Sequence record: MG589383
DNA from: Shigella phage phi25-307
DNA: 64,000 nt
Reading direction: 5' to 3' (one strand)
Shown: one piece after another, positions 8,532-17,960 of the stretch
Numbering within the stretch: the first letter of the stretch is position 1
Layout: each line of letters begins with the position of its first letter
Made by a program: the position numbers and the translations under genes
The notes under the pieces: model-generated
The model's database searches: none
What the model saw: only the letters and a program-made list of their open reading frames with translations
Told to the model about the DNA's origin: nothing

Positions 8532-8780
8532 TTACTTCAGGGTAATAACAAAATGACGAACTGCTTTACGTGCTGCAGAAGCCAGAGGCTTAGCATATTT
8601 CAATTCATCTTTCTGGACCAGGATATCGCGAAGATCGGCTTGTGCTGGATTCAGATGTTTGAAATACTGTAAGATTTCAAGAGCTTCAGCTTCAACATCA
8701 ATAGATGCGCCGTAATTGTCATGGCCATTATTCCATGCATGGCGTTGCAGTTCAAGAGCGTGTTGTAATTGTTTAGTCAT
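8532..8780 (-). CDS. rIII: rIII lysis-inhibition accessory protein, 82 aa
   Basis: Same length as T4 rIII; sequence (QLQHALELQR...WNNGH.NYGASIDVEAEALEIL.YFKHLNPAQ) matches remembered T4 rIII; located upstream of gene 31 as in T4. Confidence 0.8.
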   Translation of the reverse strand: MTKQLQHALELQRHAWNNGHDNYGASIDVEAEALEILQYFKHLNPAQADLRDILVQKDELKYAKPLASAARKAVRHFVITLK

Positions 8781-8896
8781 TTTAAATTCTCAATTCGAGA
8801 TAATATTTAGTAGCCACGTTCTTCTGAATTTCACCTTCTTTCGACAAGTCTCTCAGTTGTAGGCTACCGCTTAGAAGAATGTTCTCTTCATATAGT

Positions 8897-8904
8897 TATT
8901 TATA
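8897..8904 (-). promoter_or_regulatory. Candidate late promoter TATAAATA upstream of rIII
   Basis: Minus strand reads GATATAAATAACT, immediately downstream of the gene 31 stop. Confidence 0.35.
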
Positions 8905-9237
8905 TCACTTATAAAGACACGGAATAGCTTTATAGTGGCATGTTACGAATTTCTGTTTAATTTCTTTAGGTTGTTTAAGTCCCAAAGCCACAAATGGATG
9001 CGGAACGTTTCGAATTTGACCAACTGGCAGAGAAGTCAAATCACCAACTTCAACAAAACCTTCAGGAACATCAGGACCTACAGAATGAACTACACATAGT
9101 TCAGGAACTTCACCTTGAACACGTTTACCAATCACAAGTCCTGATTCGGTAACTTCTTCATCACCTGCTTGAGCGGGTTCAGAAACCAGAATGACATATT
9201 CACCAACAGCACGAATTGGGAGTTGTACTTCAGACAT
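8905..9237 (-). CDS. 31: Co-chaperonin gp31 (GroES analogue), 110 aa
   Basis: Near-identical in remembered sequence to T4 gp31 ([34 protein letters not shown]...[11 protein letters not shown]). Confidence 0.9.
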   Translation of the reverse strand: MSEVQLPIRAVGEYVILVSEPAQAGDEEVTESGLVIGKRVQGEVPELCVVHSVGPDVPEGFVEVGDLTSLPVGQIRNVPHPFVALGLKQPKEIKQKFVTCHYKAIPCLYK

Positions 9238-9267
9238 CTTATTTCCTTGTTGTTTGACGATAGATTA

Positions 9268-9292
9268 ATAATACTATACTATTCGTAAAGCA
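9268..9292 (-). promoter_or_regulatory. MotA-dependent middle promoter for gene 31 (MotA box TGCTTTA, 12-nt spacer, -10 TATTAT)
   Basis: Minus strand ATGCTTTACGAATAGTATAGTATTAT; followed by AAGGAAAT and the gene 31 ATG. Confidence 0.45.
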
Positions 9293-9294
9293 TA

Positions 9295-9591
9295 TTACAT
9301 AAGAAGCAAACGTTCCACCGGAGTACCATCAACCGAAATTACTTTATCAAGGCGGAAAGAACGCCACTGACCTAACTTGGTGTCGAATGCTCGAACTGAT
9401 TCACGAGGTTCATAACGAACTTCTGTTGCCGGATTGTTATTTTCGTATTTGACTTCAAGTTCATCACGGGAGGCAAACATCGTACGAACATCACCGTTAG
9501 CCTTTTCAAATACAACACAATGAACGCCTACAGACAGAATAGTTTTAATACGTTCACGAAGAACCATAGTTTCTTGTTCAGTTAAAATCAT
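9295..9591 (-). CDS. Hypothetical protein, 98 aa (31.1 position)
   Basis: ORF between cd and gene 31; no recognisable motif. Confidence 0.55.
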   Translation of the reverse strand: MILTEQETMVLRERIKTILSVGVHCVVFEKANGDVRTMFASRDELEVKYENNNPATEVRYEPRESVRAFDTKLGQWRSFRLDKVISVDGTPVERLLLM

Positions 9592-9593
9592 AA

Positions 9594-10175
9594 TTATTCA
9601 CCACAAAAGTTTCGGATTTGTTCCCAATTCAGAGAACGAAGATTATTACGAGAGTACTGAATTACTTCAATACCGGCTTGTTTTAGAATGTCTGCCCAAT
9701 TTTCAGGAGATCTGTCATATAATTCTGCGTATACAACCTTTTTAATACCTGACTGCGTAATAGCTTTAGTGCAATCAGGACATGGAGAAAGTGTCGTATA
9801 CAACGTAGCACCTTCAATAGAATTACCTTTACGAGCTGCAAACAAAATGGCATTCAATTCAGCATGGATTTCGTTATTAGCAGACCATGCACTATGAGCG
9901 GCCCGATGTTCTTTAGCCAAAACAAAATTATCCACCCGTCCAAATGCTGTAGTGCCTTCTTTATGTCCGGCAACGATGACCGGGCTTGGTTTATTCTTCA
10001 ACCAACCGTTTTCGGATGCATGTTCACAACAGTTAACGCCACCTGCTGGTGAGCCATTATATCCAGTAGAGATAATGCGTCCATCTTTTTCAATGACGGC
10101 ACCAACTTTCCATGAACAACATTTTGATTCTTGAGAAATCAGATATGCAATCTGAAGGTATGTGCTAGCTTTCAT
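9594..10175 (-). CDS. cd: dCMP deaminase, 193 aa
   Basis: Zinc-binding deaminase motifs HAELNAI and PCPDCTKAI; same length as T4 Cd. Confidence 0.9.
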   Translation of the reverse strand: MKASTYLQIAYLISQESKCCSWKVGAVIEKDGRIISTGYNGSPAGGVNCCEHASENGWLKNKPSPVIVAGHKEGTTAFGRVDNFVLAKEHRAAHSAWSANNEIHAELNAILFAARKGNSIEGATLYTTLSPCPDCTKAITQSGIKKVVYAELYDRSPENWADILKQAGIEVIQYSRNNLRSLNWEQIRNFCGE

Positions 10176-11167
10176 TATTGAACCTTATTAATATAAGTTA
10201 ACAGCTCTTTAGTTTGTTCCCAACCGATGCACGCATCGGTAACGGAAACGCCATAGGACATATTATCAGAAATTTTTTGATTTCCTTCATGTAGGAATGA
10301 TTCTATCATAATTCCTTTGACCAAATCATTAGCTGCTAAATTTTTACCAATACCAATTTGATTGCTATAATACCCATCAGCGTTTGCGTGGCTACAGTCA
10401 ACCATTACATAATGATTCAGACCTAATGCACTTGCTTTGTTAGAAGCTTCTTGAATATCAGAAGAATGATAGTTCGGGCCGTTAGTCCCGCCACGCAATA
10501 CGATATGCGTATTCTGATTACCTTCAGCTTCAACAATGCCTACAGTACCATCGACGTCCATACCCATATACCGATGAGGCCAGGCGGCACTATACATCGC
10601 GTCTGTAGCTACTTTAATAGAACCATTGGTTGCGTTCTTGAAGCCTACGCACATCGGTAGACCTGAAGCAATTTCACGATGTGTCTGACTTTCAGTCGTA
10701 CGGGCGCCAATAGCAACCCATGAGAAAATACCAGAAAGATACTTAATCGTGAATGGGTCTAATACTTCAGTTGCTAATGGAAGTCCCATACGTAGAAGTT
10801 TACGACACAATGTTCGTGCAACTATAAGACCGTGGTTCATATCAAAACTTCCGTCAAGATATGGATCATTTACAAGACCTTTCCAACCTACGGTAGTTCG
10901 AGGCTTTTCAAAATAAACGCGCATCACTAACAGAACATTAGGAAGACGAGTTTGAAGTTCAGCCAGACGTTTGCCGTATTCAACAGCAGCAATAGGGTCA
11001 TGAATTGAACAAGGACCTACAACAATAAGTTTGCGTGGGTCTTCACCGTTCATAATCGAATTAACTTGTTCGCGATGAGAAGCCACTTGTGATGCGTAAG
11101 CTTCCGACAAAGGAATAATCTCAGCCAGTTCTTTTGGAGAAATAAGTTTTCTGACGATAGGTAACAT
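10175..11167 (-). CDS. 3-deoxy-D-arabino-heptulosonate-7-phosphate (DAHP) synthase, class I alpha (AroG/AroF/AroH-like), 330 aa
   Basis: Long runs shared with remembered E. coli AroG: VVGPCSIHDP, MRVYFEKPRTTVGWKGL, IGARTTESQ.HRE.ASGL, VGFKN, ILRGG, SHAN, VTDACIGWE. Stop overlaps the cd start as TAATG; own SD TAAGGA. Confidence 0.9.
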   Translation of the reverse strand: MLPIVRKLISPKELAEIIPLSEAYASQVASHREQVNSIMNGEDPRKLIVVGPCSIHDPIAAVEYGKRLAELQTRLPNVLLVMRVYFEKPRTTVGWKGLVNDPYLDGSFDMNHGLIVARTLCRKLLRMGLPLATEVLDPFTIKYLSGIFSWVAIGARTTESQTHREIASGLPMCVGFKNATNGSIKVATDAMYSAAWPHRYMGMDVDGTVGIVEAEGNQNTHIVLRGGTNGPNYHSSDIQEASNKASALGLNHYVMVDCSHANADGYYSNQIGIGKNLAANDLVKGIMIESFLHEGNQKISDNMSYGVSVTDACIGWEQTKELLTYINKVQ

Positions 11168-11287
11168 AACAATCCTTAGGAGATATAAACAGATTCTGAT
11201 TCAACAATACCTTTAACCGGATTAGACAGGCTAAGTTGGTAGTGCTCAGATTTATGACCATTCTCGATAGTAATGAGATAGCTCTCA

Positions 11288-11524
11288 TTATAGTGTTCCA
11301 TATACTCGAGTTGCTTCAACAAGACCATCACTGCCTAATTTAAGATTAGTAATTTGGTCACCATCTTTAGGATTAACGATTATGAGAAAAGAACGTGGAG
11401 ATTCTTTAATAACTCGTAATGTTGCATCTTGGAAACGTTCAGACACTTTATTGATGAGTGCTTGAGCAAATTCTTTTACTTTAATCTGAAATTCGTGTAC
11501 TGTAATTGGGTTTTCACTTAGCAT
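11288..11524 (-). CDS. Hypothetical protein, 78 aa
   Basis: ORF downstream of the promoter at 11553-11582. Confidence 0.55.
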   Translation of the reverse strand: MLSENPITVHEFQIKVKEFAQALINKVSERFQDATLRVIKESPRSFLIIVNPKDGDQITNLKLGSDGLVEATRVYGTL

Positions 11525-11552
11525 TTCTATTTCCTCATTTGTTGGTAGAGTT

Positions 11553-11582
11553 ATAGTATCACAACTCCACCATGTTGTAAAC
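11553..11582 (-). promoter_or_regulatory. Early promoter (GTTTAC, 18 nt, TACTAT) in an imperfect inverted repeat
   Basis: Minus strand GTTTACAACATGGTGGAGTTGTGATACTATAACTCTACC. Confidence 0.5.
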
Positions 11583-11584
11583 CA

Positions 11585-11860
11585 TTAAATTGCTTTGCAT
11601 TCAATTTTTTGTGTACCGAAATTGATATCACATTGGATAACTAAATCGCCGTCAAGATCAAATACCACTATGACGTGTGCAGACCCAGGGAGAAGAGTAA
11701 TAGCAATAGAATCTACTTGGTCTGGGAGCAAAGCATTGAGTACATGAGTTAGTTGAGCATGAACTCTGAGTTCGGCTGCATTATCAAGCACTTCAAACAT
11801 ATTATTAGCAATAATCTGACTGAAGACTACCTTTACAATTTCAGAATAAGTTGGGAACAT
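11585..11860 (-). CDS. Hypothetical protein, 91 aa
   Basis: ORF in the cd-pseT interval. Confidence 0.55.
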   Translation of the reverse strand: MFPTYSEIVKVVFSQIIANNMFEVLDNAAELRVHAQLTHVLNALLPDQVDSIAITLLPGSAHVIVVFDLDGDLVIQCDINFGTQKIECKAI

Positions 11861-11867
11861 AATTACC

Positions 11868-12092
11868 TCAGTGTACAGTATTTACTTTAACTCGAACAAC
11901 AAATCGCTCGGTCGGTTCACCTACAGGAACAAACTCTACATGATATTCACCTTTGTAACGAGTATTCAGATCATTACGAATTCCTGCGAGTTTGTTGATT
12001 AATGTAGGACTCATATTAAGTCCCACTAGTTTACGAAGCATTTTGTATGCTTCATCTTCGATTTCATGATGTTTATCGTACATAGTTTTCAT
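11868..12092 (-). CDS. Hypothetical protein, 74 aa
   Basis: ORF in the cd-pseT interval. Confidence 0.5.
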   Translation of the reverse strand: MKTMYDKHHEIEDEAYKMLRKLVGLNMSPTLINKLAGIRNDLNTRYKGEYHVEFVPVGEPTERFVVRVKVNTVH

Positions 12093-12263
12093 TTAACCAT
12101 TCAATTGCCTGGTCGACGTTATCAAATATACCGCCGTCCAACCATTCTTCATGTTCATAGTCCAGCACATCAATACCGAACCGTCCATTTACTAAAGGCC
12201 ATACTACAAACAAATATTCTTTATGCTGTTCGATGGCCTCAATCACTTCATATAATCGTTTCA

Positions 12264-12264
<1 letters not shown>
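12073..12264 (-). CDS. Hypothetical protein, 63 aa
   Basis: ORF whose ATG overlaps the pseT stop as TAATG. Confidence 0.5.
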
Positions 12265-13350
<1,086 letters not shown>

Positions 13351-13351
<1 letters not shown>

Positions 13352-13650
13352 TATTTTATTCCTAAGAAAATTTCAAGAATACGAATGTTATGCTCGCGCC
13401 GGTCTTTATTAATTTCAGCAACGTTTTTATTAATTGACGTACTTCTAACGTTTGAAGAAATAAATTTAATCATATGACTTTTGAGTTGTTGCAAATCCAA
13501 CCCTTTTTCTTTAGCAGCTTTACGAAGAGCTTTACCTGCTTCATCTAGTGCCTTTGCTGCATCTTTGTCATAATTGCCGAGTGACATTCCACGACAGATA
13601 TCAATATACTCATCAGACCGTTTGATGTAATTCTCTAGTAATGTTTTCAT
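13351..13650 (-). CDS. Hypothetical protein, 99 aa
   Basis: ORF downstream of the promoter at 13689-13719. Confidence 0.55.
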
Positions 13651-13688
13651 TTAGATTTCCTCAATTATCCATAGGAGCATTATACTCT

Positions 13689-13719
13689 GCTCCTGAGAGT
13701 TTGTAAACTATTTTACTAA
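13689..13719 (-). promoter_or_regulatory. Early promoter (GTTTACA, 18 nt, TATAAT) with AGGAGC/GCTCCT inverted repeat
   Basis: Minus strand GTTTACAAACTCTCAGGAGCAGAGTATAATGCTCCTATGG. Confidence 0.55.
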
Positions 13720-13932
13720 AGATTCAATATACTCGTGAAGAGCTTTAGTCGCTACTGCCCACTTATTCTGATATTCATTTTTCAGATTAGCACGAGACTG
13801 AACTAACAATCGGTCATTAGTCGGAGGCAAAGATTCTAATCGTTGAATCTGGCGCCCATAAATCATAGCCGCCATTTCAGATTCATAGATAAGCCCTTTA
13901 ATGTATTCATGTTGTTCTTTAGTCATTGGCAT
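13708..13932 (-). CDS. Hypothetical protein, 74 aa
   Basis: ORF in the pseT-alc interval. Confidence 0.5.
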   Translation of the reverse strand: MPMTKEQHEYIKGLIYESEMAAMIYGRQIQRLESLPPTNDRLLVQSRANLKNEYQNKWAVATKALHEYIESLVK

Positions 13933-14213
13933 TTTTCCTCTTTTAAACCACTACGATAATAACATATCATAGTCTTCTGGTCATGTACATATCTTTTTAC
14001 ATCGTTTAACCAGATACGAAATTCTTGAGAGTCTTCAAACGGCATTCCAACCCACGGATTACCATCAATAACCTTTACTTGCCATTTCTGGTTATATTCA
14101 ACAATAGATTCAGGCCATGGCGGATGTAAAGTTTCTTTAGGGCTTAAGGGCACATCCTGGGCACATCCAGCCAAAATACTAATAGATAATACAACTGCGG
14201 TTAATTTAATCAT
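13923..14213 (-). CDS. Predicted lipoprotein, 96 aa
   Basis: N-terminus MIKLTAVVLSISILAGCAQ: signal peptide with lipobox LAGC. Confidence 0.55.
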   Translation of the reverse strand: MIKLTAVVLSISILAGCAQDVPLSPKETLHPPWPESIVEYNQKWQVKVIDGNPWVGMPFEDSQEFRIWLNDVKRYVHDQKTMICYYRSGLKEEKCQ

Positions 14214-14566
14214 TCTGAGAGCTTCCTGAGGTCTTCTGCAAAGGAATCGAAGGACTTGTTGATTTGTTTTTCGACCAATCCTGGTTTACTTGCCACCACG
14301 TTCTTCTTCTTCGAATCCTTACGGAGCTTTTCATTTTCGGCCTTAAGTTGGTCAACTAAAACACGGTTCTTATAAGTCATTTCTTCGATTGACTGATACT
14401 GAACCTTGAAGTCGTCTAATACTTTAGCATTGTTTTTAGCGGTCTCTTTGACAGAAGCTAATTCAGTATTCAACGAATCAACTTTGTTGTTTAAGACAAC
14501 TATTGTTACCGTAGAAACTAGAGCAAAAGCTGCTACTATAGTATAAATCGGATTTACTTTAAGCAT
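14210..14566 (-). CDS. Membrane-anchored coiled-coil protein, 118 aa
   Basis: Hydrophobic N-terminal helix (IYTIVAAFALVSTVTIVVL) followed by a charged helical region. Confidence 0.55.
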   Translation of the reverse strand: MLKVNPIYTIVAAFALVSTVTIVVLNNKVDSLNTELASVKETAKNNAKVLDDFKVQYQSIEEMTYKNRVLVDQLKAENEKLRKDSKKKNVVASKPGLVEKQINKSFDSFAEDLRKLSE

Positions 14567-15054
14567 GTTTTAATAATCTCAATGATTTCATCTCGGGATA
14601 ATCCATTGATAAGAACGGTTTTCGGACCATCGCACTGGATTTTGTACGATTCAAACAATACACACAACTCTTCTGCTGTATGATACGGACTTGAAATTCC
14701 GAGGCGGTTGAATTTGTCGGTAAGAGGGTCGCAAATAATGTAGAATTTTATACCTGCGATATGTACATTTGGTTGACTAATATTAATGAACACATTAGCG
14801 TCATATTTAGTCAAATTGTTTTGAAGAAATTCTACCATGGCATTAACTGCTTCTGGCATCGCTTCACGTTTCTCTTCGGTGTAACGTGTTGAATATTCCT
14901 TTTGCTTTAACTTCTTTTTAGCATTTTTGGCCAGTGTAACACGTAGGTCAGTAAGATAACCAACTGGACGTCCTTTCTTAAAGACCCTGATTCCATCTGA
15001 AGAATCACCAAATGCTGCCACAACCATATCGTTAGTAATCAATTGCATATTCAT
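14554..15054 (-). CDS. alc: Alc-like inhibitor of host transcription, 166 aa
   Basis: Start set at ATG 15054 (MNMQLITN...), preceded by GAGGAG and the early promoter at 15085-15114; size and position (between the pseT cluster and rnlA) match T4 alc. No motif check possible. Confidence 0.55.
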   Translation of the reverse strand: MNMQLITNDMVVAAFGDSSDGIRVFKKGRPVGYLTDLRVTLAKNAKKKLKQKEYSTRYTEEKREAMPEAVNAMVEFLQNNLTKYDANVFINISQPNVHIAGIKFYIICDPLTDKFNRLGISSPYHTAEELCVLFESYKIQCDGPKTVLINGLSRDEIIEIIKTCLK

Positions 15055-15084
15055 AATTTTCTCCTCGTGATGTTGATAAAAGCC

Positions 15085-15114
15085 ATAGTAACACCATCCT
15101 TGGTGTTTGTAAAC
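15085..15114 (-). promoter_or_regulatory. Early promoter (GTTTACA, 18 nt, TACTAT)
   Basis: Minus strand GTTTACAAACACCAAGGATGGTGTTACTATGGC. Confidence 0.5.
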
Positions 15115-15116
15115 CA

Positions 15117-16250
<1,134 letters not shown>

Positions 16251-16266
16251 TCAGTTAGTTTTTTAA

Positions 16267-16296
16267 ATTGTACCACAATCCTTGTGGCGTGTAAAC
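16267..16296 (-). promoter_or_regulatory. Early promoter (TTTACA, 17 nt, TACAAT) with CCACAAGG/ATTGTGG inverted repeat, upstream of rnlA
   Basis: Minus strand GTTTACACGCCACAAGGATTGTGGTACAAT. Confidence 0.5.
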
Positions 16297-16706
16297 TACT
16301 TTTTCTTATGTTGGATATTCCAAGGCGGGTTGAACTTTTTGATAAAAAGCGGTTCTTCAAGGTCCATTGTTGCGATGGTCATTGAACCAAGTTCGTTGGT
16401 GACTGAAAGGTCAAAACATTGGCGGGCCCAGAATTCAACCTTTTTGCCTTGCATTAAGGCATCCAAAATCATAAGTGATTTTCTTGAATCTGAAGTCTGG
16501 TCTTTTCGATTTATGGCTGTTCGATAATAGTTAATGCGTTTCTTTAAATTCTTGGTTTTACCAATATACACAAGTTCGTCATCTATAGCAATAGCGTATA
16601 TGACATTTTTCTTATTAGGGACATCAACTGTTTTAATTGTTGCATCTTCTAATAGCTCCAATTCTGTATATTTAATAAAGGAATATTCGGCGGCAATATC
16701 TTTCAT
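16296..16706 (-). CDS. denA: Endonuclease II (GIY-YIG family DNA endonuclease), 136 aa
   Basis: Same length as T4 DenA and a close match to its remembered sequence (VIYAIAIDDELVYIGKTKNLKKRINYYRTAINRKD...PPWNIQHKKK). Confidence 0.92.
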   Translation of the reverse strand: MKDIAAEYSFIKYTELELLEDATIKTVDVPNKKNVIYAIAIDDELVYIGKTKNLKKRINYYRTAINRKDQTSDSRKSLMILDALMQGKKVEFWARQCFDLSVTNELGSMTIATMDLEEPLFIKKFNPPWNIQHKKK

Positions 16707-16710
16707 AATA

Positions 16711-16730
16711 AAGTGGGACCGAAGTCCCGT
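16711..16730 (-). promoter_or_regulatory. Intercistronic UUCG-loop hairpin between nrdB and denA
   Basis: GGGAC-CGAA-GTCCC, followed on the minus strand by ACTTTATT and the denA ATG. Confidence 0.4.
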
Positions 16731-16732
16731 CC

Positions 16733-17920
16733 TTAGAAATATTTTTTGTATGAATTGATTACATTTTGGTCTACATCATTATCAATTTGTGCGACAAGAT
16801 AAGAACTGATTTCAACTTCCTGAGGAGCTGCTTGAACTAAATCAGAGTTCAGATATTCACGAATCCAAGGATATGGATGCTTGGTCGGAGCATCAGTGAT
16901 TGGGCATGGTAAACCACACTGTTTCATACGAGACACAGTCAAGTAATCAACAAAAGCACACATACTCTGCGTATTGATACCTGGGCATGTACCGTTTTTA
17001 AAGAGGTGTGCAGCCCATTCCTTCTCTTGTCTATTTACTTCCATAAAAATGTCAACTGCTTCTTGTTCACATTCTTTAGCAATTTGAACCCACTCATCAC
17101 CATCAGTACCAGATTGAAGTTGACGGATAATGTACTGAGTACCCTTGAGGTGGAGTTGTTCGTCACGAGCAATGAACTTCATAATCTTTGCATTACCTTC
17201 CATAATTTCCATATTTTTATGGAAGTTGAAAGTACATGCAAATGATACGTAAAAACGAATAGCTTCTAAGGCATTGATAACATGCAAACAGAGATAAAGA
17301 GACTTCATTAAATCACGCTTGGCGTTAAACATTATTTCTTCATACATCTCAATATCATTCTGCTGGCATGAGCCTATTGAACGCTCATAATCTTCCTTAG
17401 CGTTTTCCCAATAACGAGTTTTAACCAGAACATCATCGTAATATTTACCTATTGATTCAGCTCGTTTCATGATTGCTTCGTCTAATACAATTTCATCAAA
17501 TACCTTAGATGGGTCCGTATAAAGATTTCGCATAATATGAGTATACGAACGAGAGTGAATAGTTTCACTGAATGTCCATGTTGCAACCCACGTATCTAAT
17601 GAAGGGTCAGAAATCAGTGCCATAAGTACCGCAGATGGGGCCCTGCCTTGGATAGAATCTAATAATGATTGATACTTAAGATTGTTTGTAAAGATGTCCT
17701 GTTGGAACTGAGGAAGCTTATTGAACTGCGCAGAGTCCAACATCAAGTTTACCTCTTCTGGGCGCCAAAAAAACGATAATTGCTTTTCGGTCAAATCTTC
17801 AAAAACTTTATGGCGTTGAATATCATAACGCGCAATACCAAGACCAGAACCAAAGAACATCGGTTCATTCAAAACATCAACTTGTTGTGTGTTAAAAACT
17901 GTACTCATTATATTTCTCAC
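16733..17920 (-). CDS. nrdB: Ribonucleotide reductase small (beta) subunit, 395 aa, uninterrupted
   Basis: Class Ia RNR beta-like sequence with a single continuous ORF (no intron); position denA-nrdB-nrdA as in T4. Confidence 0.88.
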   Translation of the reverse strand: MRNIMSTVFNTQQVDVLNEPMFFGSGLGIARYDIQRHKVFEDLTEKQLSFFWRPEEVNLMLDSAQFNKLPQFQQDIFTNNLKYQSLLDSIQGRAPSAVLMALISDPSLDTWVATWTFSETIHSRSYTHIMRNLYTDPSKVFDEIVLDEAIMKRAESIGKYYDDVLVKTRYWENAKEDYERSIGSCQQNDIEMYEEIMFNAKRDLMKSLYLCLHVINALEAIRFYVSFACTFNFHKNMEIMEGNAKIMKFIARDEQLHLKGTQYIIRQLQSGTDGDEWVQIAKECEQEAVDIFMEVNRQEKEWAAHLFKNGTCPGINTQSMCAFVDYLTVSRMKQCGLPCPITDAPTKHPYPWIREYLNSDLVQAAPQEVEISSYLVAQIDNDVDQNVINSYKKYF

Positions 17921-17960
17921 TTAGTTTAACTCATCCATGAGTAAATTATAATCAAAAGTC

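Noticed and set aside
11176-11301. Small ORFs in the 120-nt leader upstream of the DAHP synthase gene (41-aa MEHYNESYL... and an overlapping 55-aa frame)
   Set aside because: The two candidate frames conflict, neither has a clear SD, and one runs out of frame into the DAHP synthase gene; more likely an untranslated leader carrying the promoter (a TATAAT is present).
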